Shown here piece by piece: positions 37,268 to 47,301 of a stretch of 63,309 nt of DNA (the first letter of the stretch is position 1; every line of letters starts with the position of its first letter). A model generated the notes under the pieces. That model did not search any database. It had not been told where the DNA came from and saw only the letters and a program-made list of their open reading frames with translations. The stretch is taken from positions 1-63,309 of the IMG/VR virus record IMGVR_UViG_3300036846_000911. One strand, written 5' to 3'. The stretch comes from a virus (lineage: Duplodnaviria > Caudoviricetes). The translations under genes were made by a program, and so were the position numbers.

Positions 37268-37325
37268 CGCGGTATACGCACCAAGATCAAGATCGTCAGC
37301 ACAACCACGCAAAGGAATACGCACC

Positions 37326-37829
37326 ATGATCGATAGCCAGCCCGACCCCGGTTTCCCAACCAGCGCGTCAACCACTCCCGACGTCCCCGAGGTCGCCCGC
37401 AACAGGTGGGCTTTCCGGGAGAATTTCGCCCGTGGGAAGCAGCGGTACCAGACGCTGCACCCGCCGCAGTACGAGGCGCGTAAGGCCGCGTTGGAGGCCA
37501 AGTGGGCGGAGCGGGACGCGCGCACAGCGCAGATGCGGGAAGACTTCCGGGTCAAGCGCGGCGGGGCCGCCACGACGCCGGAGCAGGTTGCCGCCGACGC
37601 GGCCCGTGCCGGCATGTCGGTGGTCGACTACGCGGCGGCACAGGCCGTCCTGACGGGCGGGCAGGCCGGTGCGGCGGCGGTGCAGCAGTTCAAAACCGTC
37701 ACGTCCGGTGGGGTGAAGCACGGGCTGCACGCGACGTTGACCGTGTTCACCTGCGGGCTGTGGGCTCCGGTCTGGTTGCTGGCAACGATATTCGCCAACA
37801 AGAAGATCAAAACGACGGTCCCGAGGTAG
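37326..37829 (+). CDS. Membrane protein (HxLHxxLTxFTCGLWxxVW C-terminus)
   Basis: AAAGGAA RBS; conserved actinophage membrane motif. Confidence 0.7.
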   Translation: MIDSQPDPGFPTSASTTPDVPEVARNRWAFRENFARGKQRYQTLHPPQYEARKAALEAKWAERDARTAQMREDFRVKRGGAATTPEQVAADAARAGMSVVDYAAAQAVLTGGQAGAAAVQQFKTVTSGGVKHGLHATLTVFTCGLWAPVWLLATIFANKKIKTTVPR

Positions 37830-37838
37830 GTGCGGACG

Positions 37839-38171
37839 ATGGGCGTGAAACCTCTCAACTTCCCGCCGGGCCACACGTGGGCGACGGTGCGGGTGGAGCA
37901 CGTCATCTCGATCACCGATGTGGTCCTGGCGCTCGCTACGGTGGCGATCCGTCGTGGCGAGATGCCCGACAAGCTCACCAGGGCGCAGGTGTCGTTGATC
38001 GTGCGGGACAAGTTGTACGACGACGGCGCGGACTGGGCGCAGGAAGACCTGTGGGATGAGCTGCCGGAGGAGCAGGCCGGGCAGGTACGCGCGTGGGCGT
38101 TTGCACACGTGTCGCGGTTGTGGCCGGAAGCGGCCAAAGGTGTCATGGGATGGATGACCGGCGCCGTCTAG
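37839..38171 (+). CDS. Hypothetical protein
   Basis: ORF with phage codon usage. Confidence 0.55.
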   Translation: MGVKPLNFPPGHTWATVRVEHVISITDVVLALATVAIRRGEMPDKLTRAQVSLIVRDKLYDDGADWAQEDLWDELPEEQAGQVRAWAFAHVSRLWPEAAKGVMGWMTGAV

Positions 38172-38261
38172 CTAGCTTGCGCCAACCGCTAGCAAGATGC
38201 GATACTTGACCGACCAGCGCGGCACCCCCGCCGCACGGCAAATGCAGGGAGCACAACGGAA

Positions 38262-38729
38262 ATGACGACATCCACGACCGTCCTGGCAATGGACGAGTAC
38301 AACGCGTTGACCTTGAGCGCCATGGCCGATTGTTTCAGCCCGGAGGGTCCCGGGTCGGCGGGCGATGCGTTTCTCCTGCGGGTGCGCAACGCGGTGTCCG
38401 GTGCGATCAGGGAAGGGCGCATCTGCCTGGATGGCACCGAGCGCAACGACGACGGCGAGAAGCGCATCGACGTGGTGTCCACGATCTGCGACGGAACACC
38501 GAGCGTGTACACCCCGACGCGGTGGGCCGAGTTCGTCGACCTGCGCGCATACCAGGAGGACGCGCGCGACGGCGAGTGGCCGGCGGATTTGACCGACGCC
38601 GCCGCCGTCGCGTTGATCGTCATCGCTGAGCGGCTGGCCGATGCGCTGATCGATGAGGCGCGCGAGCAGTACGCGGCGGAGCACGAGGGCGACGACGAGG
38701 ACCAGGACGACGAGGAGACCGGCGAATGA
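38262..38729 (+). CDS. Acidic protein, possible Ocr-like antirestriction DNA mimic
   Basis: ICDGTPSVYT.RWAEFVDL..Y resembles Ocr ADNAVPHYY region; very acidic tail EHEGDDEDQDDEETGE. Confidence 0.5.
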   Translation: MTTSTTVLAMDEYNALTLSAMADCFSPEGPGSAGDAFLLRVRNAVSGAIREGRICLDGTERNDDGEKRIDVVSTICDGTPSVYTPTRWAEFVDLRAYQEDARDGEWPADLTDAAAVALIVIAERLADALIDEAREQYAAEHEGDDEDQDDEETGE

Positions 38730-39280
38730 CTCTTACCATCACGGGTCCGGAGATGCTGTCTCGATTGGAGGCGATGTTTCCCGATCAACGATTCGAGATC
38801 ACCGAGGAAGGCGACTACCACCCGATCATGAGCCCGTCGTATGAGCACGCCAGCCTGGCGCTGGAACTTCAGTTCTGGTTGGTGCGGTTCGTTGAGCAGA
38901 TGAGGGTGCGCCCAACCGGCCATTTCCAAACTCATCTGCACGGCAATCGTGAGCCGGATATCGCGGTGCTCGATGGGCGGGAGGTGCCGAAGGCGTGGGC
39001 GCCACCGGCGCAGTTCGTGTCGCTGGTCATCGAGATCAACTCTCCGTCGAATCTGAAAGACGACTGGGAGCTGAAGATGGCCGCATATGCGCATTCAGGT
39101 ATCCGGCACTACTGGATTGTCGGGCTCGATGAGCGAGTGACGATGCTGACGCTCGCGCACGACCCGACCGGGCAGCCGATCTACGTCCAGGCGCACGGTG
39201 AGACGCCGACGGTGGCCGAACTCATCAAGCAAGATCAACTTCCGGTGGGTGTGCTGCTGGACTACCAGGGCGGGAAGTGA
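38726..39280 (+). CDS. Uma2 (DUF820) family endonuclease
   Basis: MSP...H, REPDIAV, LVIEINSPSN..DD...K..YA..GIRHYWIV. Confidence 0.85.
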   Translation: MTLTITGPEMLSRLEAMFPDQRFEITEEGDYHPIMSPSYEHASLALELQFWLVRFVEQMRVRPTGHFQTHLHGNREPDIAVLDGREVPKAWAPPAQFVSLVIEINSPSNLKDDWELKMAAYAHSGIRHYWIVGLDERVTMLTLAHDPTGQPIYVQAHGETPTVAELIKQDQLPVGVLLDYQGGK

Positions 39281-39678
39281 ATAGGCGAATGGCTGCGAAA
39301 CGGTTCGGTTGGCGCCCCGAAGCCAATGAGCTGATGGTGGAACGCGGGCCGCGTGTTGATCCGCGAACGTGGGCGATTGCCGTCGCCGACGCGGAAGCCA
39401 ACGAGTTCGCGATCAGCGGTTGGGTACGCAAGGCGCTGCACGAGTACATGAGCCAGCCGGAGAAGGTGACCCCGCCGCACGCGACGATCGGCCGGGTAGC
39501 GCCGGTGGCGGCCCGGTCGCTGCGCACGACGGCATCGGTGTGGACGGAGGTTGCGGCGCGGGCACACCGGGAACGTACGACCGTGTCAGGGGTTGTCGCG
39601 GCGGCGATCATGTTCGCCCACGGGCGCCAGGGGGACGACGCCGCCGACACCTCCGAGGTGGCCGAGGTCGCCCCGTGA
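39277..39678 (+). CDS. Tandem ribbon-helix-helix-like DNA-binding protein, paralog 1
   Basis: RGPRV....W...ISGWVRKAL and RSLR....W...TVSGVV; paralogous to 40211..40582. Confidence 0.6.
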   Translation: MNRRMAAKRFGWRPEANELMVERGPRVDPRTWAIAVADAEANEFAISGWVRKALHEYMSQPEKVTPPHATIGRVAPVAARSLRTTASVWTEVAARAHRERTTVSGVVAAAIMFAHGRQGDDAADTSEVAEVAP

Positions 39679-40016
39679 TCGGCCCGTTGGGGTTGCCGGT
39701 CGGACTGCCGGCGAAACTGCCCGACATCATGCTCATTCCCTGCCGGCCGGTGGACATCAGCGGCCTGCCGCGCATTGAGGGCATCGACCTGCGGGACGTG
39801 GTGACGATCGAACACACCCGCATCCTGTGCGACGAATGCGCCCGGCCGTGCTGGATCGGCCCGCGTCAGCAACGGGTCTGGGAACAGCATCAGGACCGGG
39901 CGGTGCGGGCCTGCTACTTCTGCACGTTCAAGATTGCCGACGCGAACCTTGACCCCGGCGAAACGATGGCGCTCTATGACCTCGGTGGGGGTAAGGCGCC
40001 GCGACGCGGGGTCTGA
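39675..40016 (+). CDS. Zn-finger hypothetical protein
   Basis: CDECARPCWIGP...CYFC. Confidence 0.55.
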   Translation: MIGPLGLPVGLPAKLPDIMLIPCRPVDISGLPRIEGIDLRDVVTIEHTRILCDECARPCWIGPRQQRVWEQHQDRAVRACYFCTFKIADANLDPGETMALYDLGGGKAPRRGV

Positions 40017-40210
40017 TACGCAAACACACAGCAGCGCGGCGTCGACTTGTGAAGGCAGAGACGCCGCGCTGCTGTGTGCAGAGGAGGTGGTCCTGAGCAT
40101 TGGAACCCGCGAAGGCAACCCGCCGAACATTCTACGCCCGGTAGTCACGTCATCCACTAACCGCTATCCTCGGCTTGCGTTGCCCGCAAACCGGAAAGGT
40201 CCAGGTCACC

Positions 40211-40582
40211 ATGGTCAAGAAGCTGCGAGGCTGGCAGCCCCTCGTGGAACCGATGGCGGAACGCAGCCCGCGCATCAGCCCCGAGGTGTGGGCAATCGCG
40301 CAAGCCTGCGCTGATGCGCAAACGTCCACAATCGCCTCGTGGGTGCGGCAAAGCCTGTTCGCCTACCTCGCCCAGTCGACCCGCATCCCATCCCCGCCGG
40401 TGCGCTGCGGTGAACGCCGGATGCCGACCCGTTCGGTACGGGCGTCACGCACGCTGTGGGACAAGGTCGCGGCGCGGGCGCTGCGGGACCGGACCACGAT
40501 CTCCGGCGTGGTCGGCGCCGCCATCTTGTACGGAAACGCGGTACACGCGCAGCAGCTCGCCGATGCGGCGGGTGTGTCGTGA
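40211..40582 (+). CDS. Tandem ribbon-helix-helix-like DNA-binding protein, paralog 2
   Basis: RSPRISPEVW...IASWVRQSL, RSVR...LW...TISGVV. Confidence 0.6.
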   Translation: MVKKLRGWQPLVEPMAERSPRISPEVWAIAQACADAQTSTIASWVRQSLFAYLAQSTRIPSPPVRCGERRMPTRSVRASRTLWDKVAARALRDRTTISGVVGAAILYGNAVHAQQLADAAGVS

Positions 40583-41172
40583 TCCCCGACCCGGCGGCTG
40601 TCCTGGTGGCGCTGCGGGAGGTGGAACGGGAGCACCACCGGGGCGGCTGGGACGGGGCACCGGCGGTGCACGCGCTGCGGGCGCGGCGCGGCGCGGTGGC
40701 GGCGAGTGTGGCGCTGCCGCTACGCAACGAGGTGCCGCCGGGTGCGGCGCTGGCGGCGGTGGCGGTGTCGATGGTCGACGCCGGCCGGCCGGCGGTGCCG
40801 TTGACCGGGGCCACGTTCGCCGGCTGGGCGATAGTGTCGGAAGCCTGGATGGTGGAGGGTCAGGAGCGGCCGAATGTGCGTTCGCTCAAAGACGCGCCGG
40901 GCCGCTTCGAGATCCGCTTCGCGATGGCGGCCGACACGACCGGGCAGTTGTACTACGTGCAACGCAAACGCGGCGAGGCTCCGACCGCCCAGATCATCGA
41001 CGGCGGCGCCAGCGGTGTTGACGGGATGGCCGTCGATGGTCGGCTCGCGGCGGCGTTGCAGCTGATGATCGCCGCGACGGCGCCGTATCTGGATGGTGCG
41101 CACGCGGCGCAGTGGCTGGTTGATTTTCGGGATGCGCTGATTTCACGACTGATCGGGGAGTTGGACAACTGA
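40579..41172 (+). CDS. Hypothetical protein
   Basis: GWDGAP, SEAWMV, EIRF motifs; coupled. Confidence 0.6.
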   Translation: MIPDPAAVLVALREVEREHHRGGWDGAPAVHALRARRGAVAASVALPLRNEVPPGAALAAVAVSMVDAGRPAVPLTGATFAGWAIVSEAWMVEGQERPNVRSLKDAPGRFEIRFAMAADTTGQLYYVQRKRGEAPTAQIIDGGASGVDGMAVDGRLAAALQLMIAATAPYLDGAHAAQWLVDFRDALISRLIGELDN

Positions 41173-41501
41173 TGTCCGGACCGTTTGTGGAAGACCCGCG
41201 TTTCGACACCCGGCGTCGGGAGATGGTGAAACTGTTCGGGATGGTGCCCCGCCTGAGCCTGGACCAGATTGACGACGCGGTGCATTCGGCGAATGTGCAC
41301 ACGGCGACTTTCGTTGCGGCGAAACACCTCTACGAGCTGATGAATGATCCGGGGTCGTGGGATCAGGCGGTGCATGCCGAGCAGGAACGATGGCTGGCCT
41401 GGATCGAGGAATGCCTCGGGGTGTTTCGGGCGGCGATGGCGGCGCAGATGCTCCGCCAAGATCGGGACCAAGATCAAGATCAGCTCGGGGCGCCAGAATG
41501 A
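41172..41501 (+). CDS. Hypothetical protein
   Basis: TGATG coupling. Confidence 0.55.
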   Translation: MSGPFVEDPRFDTRRREMVKLFGMVPRLSLDQIDDAVHSANVHTATFVAAKHLYELMNDPGSWDQAVHAEQERWLAWIEECLGVFRAAMAAQMLRQDRDQDQDQLGAPE

Positions 41502-41692
41502 ACGGATGGCGCGAAAGCTGATCAAGATCATCTACTCGCGGAAGACCGGCCGGCCGTGGATCACCTGTCCCCGCTGCGGCGCGCGCGGCGTCTGCGCTGA
41601 CGAGATCATCTGCGAAGAAACCCTCTACAAGCGACTCTGGGACATCTGAGCCGGGTTGCCCACCCGCGTGGACGACTGGTAACTGTGCCAGC

Positions 41693-42082
41693 GTGACAAC
41701 GTGGATGGACAGCATCAACCTGCTGACCTACGCGCTGTTCATCGCCGGATTTTCGCTGTTCATCACCGGCGCCACCCTGCTGTACTCGATCCGCCGGCAC
41801 CGCCGCCAGCTGCGCCGTCACCGCGTGGAGTGCTGGGCGTTGAACATGCGGATTTCGTCCATGGAAGCGGAGTACGCGCAGATGCGCCAACGGCCACCGA
41901 TCATCGTCGTCCCCCGCGTGTTCCCGTCGCGGGTGGTCGTGTCACGGTCGGCGAGCCTGCGGCGCACCTGCGCGCCGTGCCCGGTCTGCGCGGCACCATA
42001 TGGCTTCCACGACAACGACATCCACCACAAGGTGGAGATCGACCCGTCGCATCTGCTGGAGAAAGGGTGGCATCTGGCGTGA
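41693..42082 (+). CDS. Membrane-anchored hypothetical protein
   Basis: N-terminal TM, C-terminal CPVC...H. Confidence 0.55.
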   Translation: MTTWMDSINLLTYALFIAGFSLFITGATLLYSIRRHRRQLRRHRVECWALNMRISSMEAEYAQMRQRPPIIVVPRVFPSRVVVSRSASLRRTCAPCPVCAAPYGFHDNDIHHKVEIDPSHLLEKGWHLA

Positions 42083-42984
42083 GGGTGATGGTCTGCGGGG
42101 ACACCCACGGCGACATCGCGCACCTACGGCTGCTGGTCCGCGAATCCCGGCAGCTGCACGCTGATGCGATCTTCGTTGTCGGCGATTTCGGCTTCTGGGA
42201 ACACCAGCAGGACGGGGTCGAGTTCCTGGACACCCTGGACGTGATGCTGATGCTCGCCGGGACGAAGCTGTACTTCCTGGACGGCAACCACGACAAGACT
42301 TCGCTGATCCTGGCGCAGTACGGCCACCAGGTCGACGACGACGGTTTCCACCCGGTGCGGGAGCGGATCTTCTACTCGGCGCGGGGGCACCGTTGGACGT
42401 GGCGGGGCTGGCGGTTCATCAGCCTCGGCGGTGCCTACTCGGTCGACAAGGACCAGCGCCTCGGGCTGGAGGCGCACCGGGCGGAGAAGATCCGCCAAGC
42501 CAACCGCTACCGCTCCCCGGACCGGCGGCGCAGCCCCGACACCGCCGGGCTGTACTGGTTCCCGGAGGAAGAGATGACCGACGAGGCGTTGGCGAAGATT
42601 CTCGTCGACCCGACGCCGGTGGACATCATGCTCACCCACGACATGCCGCGTGGGGCGAATCCGGGGACGCACTTCAAAACACTGGCTGAATGCGCCCCGA
42701 ATCAGGACCGTATCCAGTTGGCCGCCACTACGCTGCAACCCCGACTGCTCGTTCACGGGCATCTGCACATGCGCTACACCGACCGGGTCCGCATCGGCGA
42801 CAATGACCGCACGATGCGGGTGGAAGGCTTGTCGTGTAACCCTTCCGGCGCCCGGACCACCCGCTACCGGGCAGATGACTCCTACCTGGTGTTGAAACTG
42901 CCGCATGTCGAATCCGGGCATGTGCCGGCGATCATCGCCAACGGGGAGACAAACCCGATCCTGCGCGCGATGGGAAAGGTGTGA
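42079..42984 (+). CDS. Calcineurin-like metallophosphoesterase
   Basis: GDTHG, GDFG, DGNHD, THD, HGHLH motifs. Confidence 0.92.
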   Translation: MRVMVCGDTHGDIAHLRLLVRESRQLHADAIFVVGDFGFWEHQQDGVEFLDTLDVMLMLAGTKLYFLDGNHDKTSLILAQYGHQVDDDGFHPVRERIFYSARGHRWTWRGWRFISLGGAYSVDKDQRLGLEAHRAEKIRQANRYRSPDRRRSPDTAGLYWFPEEEMTDEALAKILVDPTPVDIMLTHDMPRGANPGTHFKTLAECAPNQDRIQLAATTLQPRLLVHGHLHMRYTDRVRIGDNDRTMRVEGLSCNPSGARTTRYRADDSYLVLKLPHVESGHVPAIIANGETNPILRAMGKV

Positions 42985-43031
42985 GGGCCGGGCGTGAATC
43001 GTGGGATTACAGCGACGGACCGGGGGCGATC

Positions 43032-43334
43032 ATGAACACCGGTGACCTGATCGACGACGCGTCCGGCAGCCTGGCCGTGTTCGCGCTGTCGCTGCTGTGG
43101 CGCGACACCGAACAGGGCTGCTGCGCGTTGTGCTGCACCGGCTGCCACGCCCTGGCGACGCTGCTCGGGGCCGGCCAGTTGAACCCGCTGCTGCGCCGAC
43201 ACATGCTGCGGCACAACGACTTCGACTGGGCCTGGTGGGGTGACGATGACGGCGTCGATGAGTTGTGGTTGCGTCATGCGATGCGCGACACCGATAACCA
43301 CCCCAGCCATTCAACGACGGTGGTGACGTCATGA
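43032..43334 (+). CDS. Hypothetical protein (Cys cluster)
   Basis: GCCALCCTGC; start uncertain. Confidence 0.5.
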   Translation: MNTGDLIDDASGSLAVFALSLLWRDTEQGCCALCCTGCHALATLLGAGQLNPLLRRHMLRHNDFDWAWWGDDDGVDELWLRHAMRDTDNHPSHSTTVVTS

Positions 43335-43708
43335 TCGAGGAGAACGGGTTGTTCACCTGCTTGACGTGCGCCATGACGTCGCACAATCCGAACGACATCC
43401 GGGAACGCTACTGCGGGGCGTGTCACCACTGGTGCGATGACCGCGACGTCCAGGACGCGGTCGCCGGTGTGTACGAGCCGATGTTTCTGGATGTACCGCC
43501 GCGTGGTGCCGGTGCCGCGAGTCGGGGTCTGCGGCTGTCGCGCATCATTTTTGCCGGCACCGGCTGGCTGATGCTGTTGGTGTGCTTCATTCAGCTGTTT
43601 TTCGGCCGGGTCGATGCGGCGCCGCTGGCGCTGCTCGGCGGCATCCTGGCGACCAGCGTGATCTGCATGGCCGCGTTCGAGGTTGCCTCACGGGTGAAGA
43701 AGTCATGA
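43331..43708 (+). CDS. Zn-ribbon plus two-TM membrane protein
   Basis: TCLTCAMTSHNPNDIRERYCGACH then hydrophobic helices. Confidence 0.65.
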   Translation: MIEENGLFTCLTCAMTSHNPNDIRERYCGACHHWCDDRDVQDAVAGVYEPMFLDVPPRGAGAASRGLRLSRIIFAGTGWLMLLVCFIQLFFGRVDAAPLALLGGILATSVICMAAFEVASRVKKS

Positions 43709-43852
43709 CCGAACCCGAGACGCCACGCACCATGCGCGAGGTGTACGACGACCTGCCGGTGGATGAGTGGGAGACGATCCCCGAACTGCCGCCGGGTTGG
43801 CGGATCAAGAGGTTGCCGTCACCGGAGCAGACCATGAACATCGAGCCCGACA

Positions 43853-44221
43853 ATGACTGAGCCCGGCAGTGCTCGCGTGGATGTCCTCACCGCGCAGGTG
43901 CGAGTGTTGATGGTCGGCAACCAGCAGATCACCACGTCGGTCGCCAAGCAGCTCGACCGCGCACCGCTGGTTGAGGTGTTCGGGCGGATCGATGCCAATG
44001 GCTGGTCGGCATGGTTCGGTCTGCTTATCGGCCGGGATGCCGGTGGGGCACTTGCGCTGGAGGCGCCCAACACGTGGCTTGAGCGCATGCACCCCGACCT
44101 GCACGCGGCCTGGTTCGACAGGGATCGCTACGCCACCGCGAAGGTGCTTGTAGCATCCGACGCGCTCCGCGAGTTCATCACCGCCAAGTTCCCCCTAATT
44201 ATCCTTGCGGGCCTGCGGTGA
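43853..44221 (+). CDS. Hypothetical protein
   Basis: LTAQVRVLMVGNQQIT.SVAKQLD motif. Confidence 0.6.
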   Translation: MTEPGSARVDVLTAQVRVLMVGNQQITTSVAKQLDRAPLVEVFGRIDANGWSAWFGLLIGRDAGGALALEAPNTWLERMHPDLHAAWFDRDRYATAKVLVASDALREFITAKFPLIILAGLR

Positions 44222-44454
44222 CCGGCGACGCCCCGGAGGTCATCTCCGACTTGACGATGACGACCAGGTTCACCGCCGTCGAGCCGCCGCAGGCGCTGTT
44301 CTACGAAGACGACACCGCGTTCATGTTCTGGCGGGATGCCTGGTGGATTCGGCTCGCCGGCTTCTGGTTCCAGCCGCACAGCCGACAGCTGGACAAGATG
44401 CTCGCCGCGCGCTGGACGCACCTGCATCAACATCTGCCGGGGGAGAAGTCGTGA
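44218..44454 (+). CDS. Hypothetical protein
   Basis: GTGA-coupled ORF. Confidence 0.5.
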   Translation: MTGDAPEVISDLTMTTRFTAVEPPQALFYEDDTAFMFWRDAWWIRLAGFWFQPHSRQLDKMLAARWTHLHQHLPGEKS

Positions 44455-44729
44455 GCTACGCCCGGCTGCGGCGCCGCTGGATGGGTCATCAGCGGTACCT
44501 GTGGCGCATCTCGGAGCTTGACCCGTTCTGCACGATCCCGCCGTCGTACAGCCGGTACATGAATCGGATCTGCCGCAAACTCGGCCTGCAACCTGTTGAT
44601 CTCGGCCAATATGTTGCCGCCAACAACATAGAAGACCTGCCGATTTTTGGCGCTACCGTGGAGGGTGCGGGCCATGCTGCGGCTACAGCCGACGACCCGC
44701 CGGAGCGTCGGTCGTTCCCACATTGGTGA
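44451..44729 (+). CDS. Hypothetical protein
   Basis: GTGA-coupled ORF. Confidence 0.45.
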   Translation: MSYARLRRRWMGHQRYLWRISELDPFCTIPPSYSRYMNRICRKLGLQPVDLGQYVAANNIEDLPIFGATVEGAGHAAATADDPPERRSFPHW

Positions 44730-44772
44730 TGCGCCCGGCCGGCGCTCCGCCCCATTGGTGAGGTGAACCCCC

Positions 44773-44997
44773 GTGGATTCCCGGACAGACCCCGATCTCC
44801 AGCGGATGACCGTCAACCTGACCCGACGGGCCAGCAAGGCACTGAATCACGCCCTGGAGGTGGAGGGCGGAAACCGCACCGAGGTCGTCAACCGGGCGCT
44901 GATTCTGTATGCGTTGTTCTCCGAGGCGCTGGACACCGGCGCGCAGGTCTGTATCCGCCGGCCGGATGGCACGATCGAGGCGCTGCACATCATCTGA
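44773..44997 (+). CDS. Ribbon-helix-helix (CopG-like) protein
   Basis: RMTVNLTRRASKAL...NRTEVVNRAL. Confidence 0.75.
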   Translation: MDSRTDPDLQRMTVNLTRRASKALNHALEVEGGNRTEVVNRALILYALFSEALDTGAQVCIRRPDGTIEALHII

Positions 44998-45205
44998 ATC
45001 GGCCGATGTTTGCGATACGGTGTGGGGGCTCCAGTCGATTTGAGACGGTCGGCGAGCACGGCGAACGCGGCCCGCGCCTATCGGGTTACGCTGTTCGCGT
45101 CCGGGGCGTCAGACGGGCGGCGAAATCCGAATGGCGCCCCGGAACCCGTGTACATGGTGATGTACATGTACATCGGTGCCGACCGCCCACCGTGGGAGAG
45201 TTCCG

Positions 45206-45553
45206 ATGGCGCCACAGTCGTACCCGTTGACCCTGTACCGGGGTGACACGTTCTCGTGGCGATTCGTGTTCTGGAATGACCTGGACCGCACAATCCCGTA
45301 TGACCTGACCGGGGTCACACCAGCCGCGCAGATCCGGGCTACGTGTCTGCTGATGACGTTGGACTGCACAGTGTTGCTGCCGAACACTGTCGCCGTCGAG
45401 CTGCCCGCCGATGCGTGGCCGCTGAGTTGGCCGGCGCTGACCGCAGCCGGTTGGGATCTTCAACTGACCCAACCGGACGGCACGGTGCACACCATGGTCG
45501 CCGGCCCGGTGTACGTCACGACCGACGTGACCCGGCTGGTGGGTGCGCCGTGA
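45206..45553 (+). CDS. BppU/LtfC-like beta-sandwich fibre-anchoring protein
   Basis: [46 protein letters not shown]. Confidence 0.75.
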   Translation: MAPQSYPLTLYRGDTFSWRFVFWNDLDRTIPYDLTGVTPAAQIRATCLLMTLDCTVLLPNTVAVELPADAWPLSWPALTAAGWDLQLTQPDGTVHTMVAGPVYVTTDVTRLVGAP

Positions 45554-46797
45554 CCGCGCCCGCCGTGATCGACGTCATCGTCGAGGCGTCGCCGATCTAC
45601 ATCGACGTCATCGACCAGTCCGGACCGCCCGGCCCGGTGGGTCCCGCCGGCCCGACGGGGCCGCCCGGTCCCGCTGGCCCGACCGGCGACCCCGGCCCGA
45701 TCGGGCCGCAGGGACCGCAGGGCGATCCCGGTGCGACCGGTCCGGCGGGTGATCCTGGTCCGACTGGTGCGACCGGCGACCCCGGTCCGCAGGGGCCGAT
45801 CGGCCCGACCGGCAACACCGGCCCAGCCGGGCCGACCGGACCGGCGGGTGATCCTGGCCCCACGGGTCCAACTGGTACGACTGGTGCCACCGGCGATCCT
45901 GGTCCGCAGGGGCCGATCGGACCGACCGGCAGTACCGGCGCGCAGGGGCCAATCGGCAACACCGGCGCGCAGGGGCCGATCGGCGACCCTGGCCCGCAGG
46001 GGCCGGCCGGTAACACCGGCGCGACCGGCCCGGCCGGCGCGACTGGCGCGACTGGCGACCCCGGTCCGCAGGGGCCGACCGGACCGACCGGCGACACCGG
46101 CCCGCAGGGGCCGATCGGGCTGACTGGTGCCACCGGCGCGACCGGCGACCCCGGCCCGATCGGACCGCAGGGCGACCCCGGTGCGACCGGCCCGGCCGGT
46201 GCGACGGGTCCGGCTGGCCCGACCGGCGACCCCGGCCCGCAGGGACCGGCGGGCGCGTGGGACGGGTCGTGGCGGCCCGTCGACCATGCCTTGATCTCCT
46301 GGATGTACGACCCGGCGGTGACGTCGAATTTCTCGTCGGCGTTGCAGGGTGCCGGGCAGATTCAGTTGATGCGGCTGCACATCCCGGCGGCAACAAACGT
46401 CACCGGGATCACCGTCTACCTCGCCAACGGTGGCGCCGGGCTTGTGGCGGGTCAGTGTTGGGCGGCGCTGTTCGACGCGGCCACCGGGAATCTGATCGGG
46501 GTCACCGCCGACCAGGCGACGAACTGGGCGTCGGCCGGCGCGAAACGGATGGATCTGACTGGTGGCCCGTTTGCCCGGCCGGTCGGGGACGTGTACGCCG
46601 GGTTGGTGTTCAACGGCACCACCAGTCCGAACGTCACCCGGCAGGCGGCCGGCGCACCGGCGCTGATCAACATCAATTTGGGGACGGGGTCGACGTACCG
46701 GTACGGGTTGACCACCGCCACGTACACGACGGCGCCGCCGTCAACGCTGGGTGTGCGGGGTATCGGCTTCCACTCGTTCTGGGCGGCGCTGCACTGA
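45550..46797 (+). CDS. Collagen-like fibre protein with C-terminal globular domain
   Basis: About 70 uninterrupted Gly-X-Y triplets ([12 protein letters not shown]...), beta-rich C-terminal domain. Confidence 0.9.
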   Translation: MTAPAVIDVIVEASPIYIDVIDQSGPPGPVGPAGPTGPPGPAGPTGDPGPIGPQGPQGDPGATGPAGDPGPTGATGDPGPQGPIGPTGNTGPAGPTGPAGDPGPTGPTGTTGATGDPGPQGPIGPTGSTGAQGPIGNTGAQGPIGDPGPQGPAGNTGATGPAGATGATGDPGPQGPTGPTGDTGPQGPIGLTGATGATGDPGPIGPQGDPGATGPAGATGPAGPTGDPGPQGPAGAWDGSWRPVDHALISWMYDPAVTSNFSSALQGAGQIQLMRLHIPAATNVTGITVYLANGGAGLVAGQCWAALFDAATGNLIGVTADQATNWASAGAKRMDLTGGPFARPVGDVYAGLVFNGTTSPNVTRQAAGAPALININLGTGSTYRYGLTTATYTTAPPSTLGVRGIGFHSFWAALH

Positions 46798-46804
46798 ACG
46801 TGCG

Positions 46805-46843
46805 ACGCGGCGGCCCCCACCCTCATTGGGGGCCGCCGCGTTT
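46805..46843. terminator. Intrinsic terminator-like hairpin
   Basis: ACGCGGCGGCCCCCA / TGGGGGCCGCCGCGT followed by T residues, between convergent genes. Confidence 0.65.
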
Positions 46844-46897
46844 CATAACCAGTCCAACAATCTCCCTGCTGCCAGTCTACTGCCAGTTGCTGCCGGT

Positions 46898-47239
46898 TTA
46901 GCGGGAAAGCCTGGTGACGGTGACGGCGGTGCCGTAGGCGCAGAGTTCCATCCATGTGTCCGACAGGCTGCGGTGGTCGAACCGGACTCCGACGACGGCG
47001 TTGGCGCCCAGGCGCTCGGCTTCCCGGCCCATCCGCCGTACGGCGAGCATCCGGGCCTGGACGAGGATGGTGGGGAACTCCCGTTCTTGGCCTACGACAA
47101 GGGTTTTGACGCCGTCGAGGAAGCGGTTCAGGGCGCGGGCTTCGACACCGACGACCATGCCGAACATGTCGACGATGAGGTGCGTCGGCGGTTGTTCCAG
47201 GGTGCAGATGAGGATCGGGTGCGCCGTTCTGCTGGTCAT
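46898..47239 (-). CDS. YbjQ/UPF0145 family protein
   Basis: FGMVVG, ARMLAVRRM..EAERLGANAVVGVRFD...ELCAYGTAV. Confidence 0.9.
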   Translation of the reverse strand: MTSRTAHPILICTLEQPPTHLIVDMFGMVVGVEARALNRFLDGVKTLVVGQEREFPTILVQARMLAVRRMGREAERLGANAVVGVRFDHRSLSDTWMELCAYGTAVTVTRLSR

Positions 47240-47301
47240 GCTCGGCCGCCTGTGTTTGCGCCGAAACGGTTTGTCGGCCGCTGACGCCGTCTTACGCTGC
47301 G

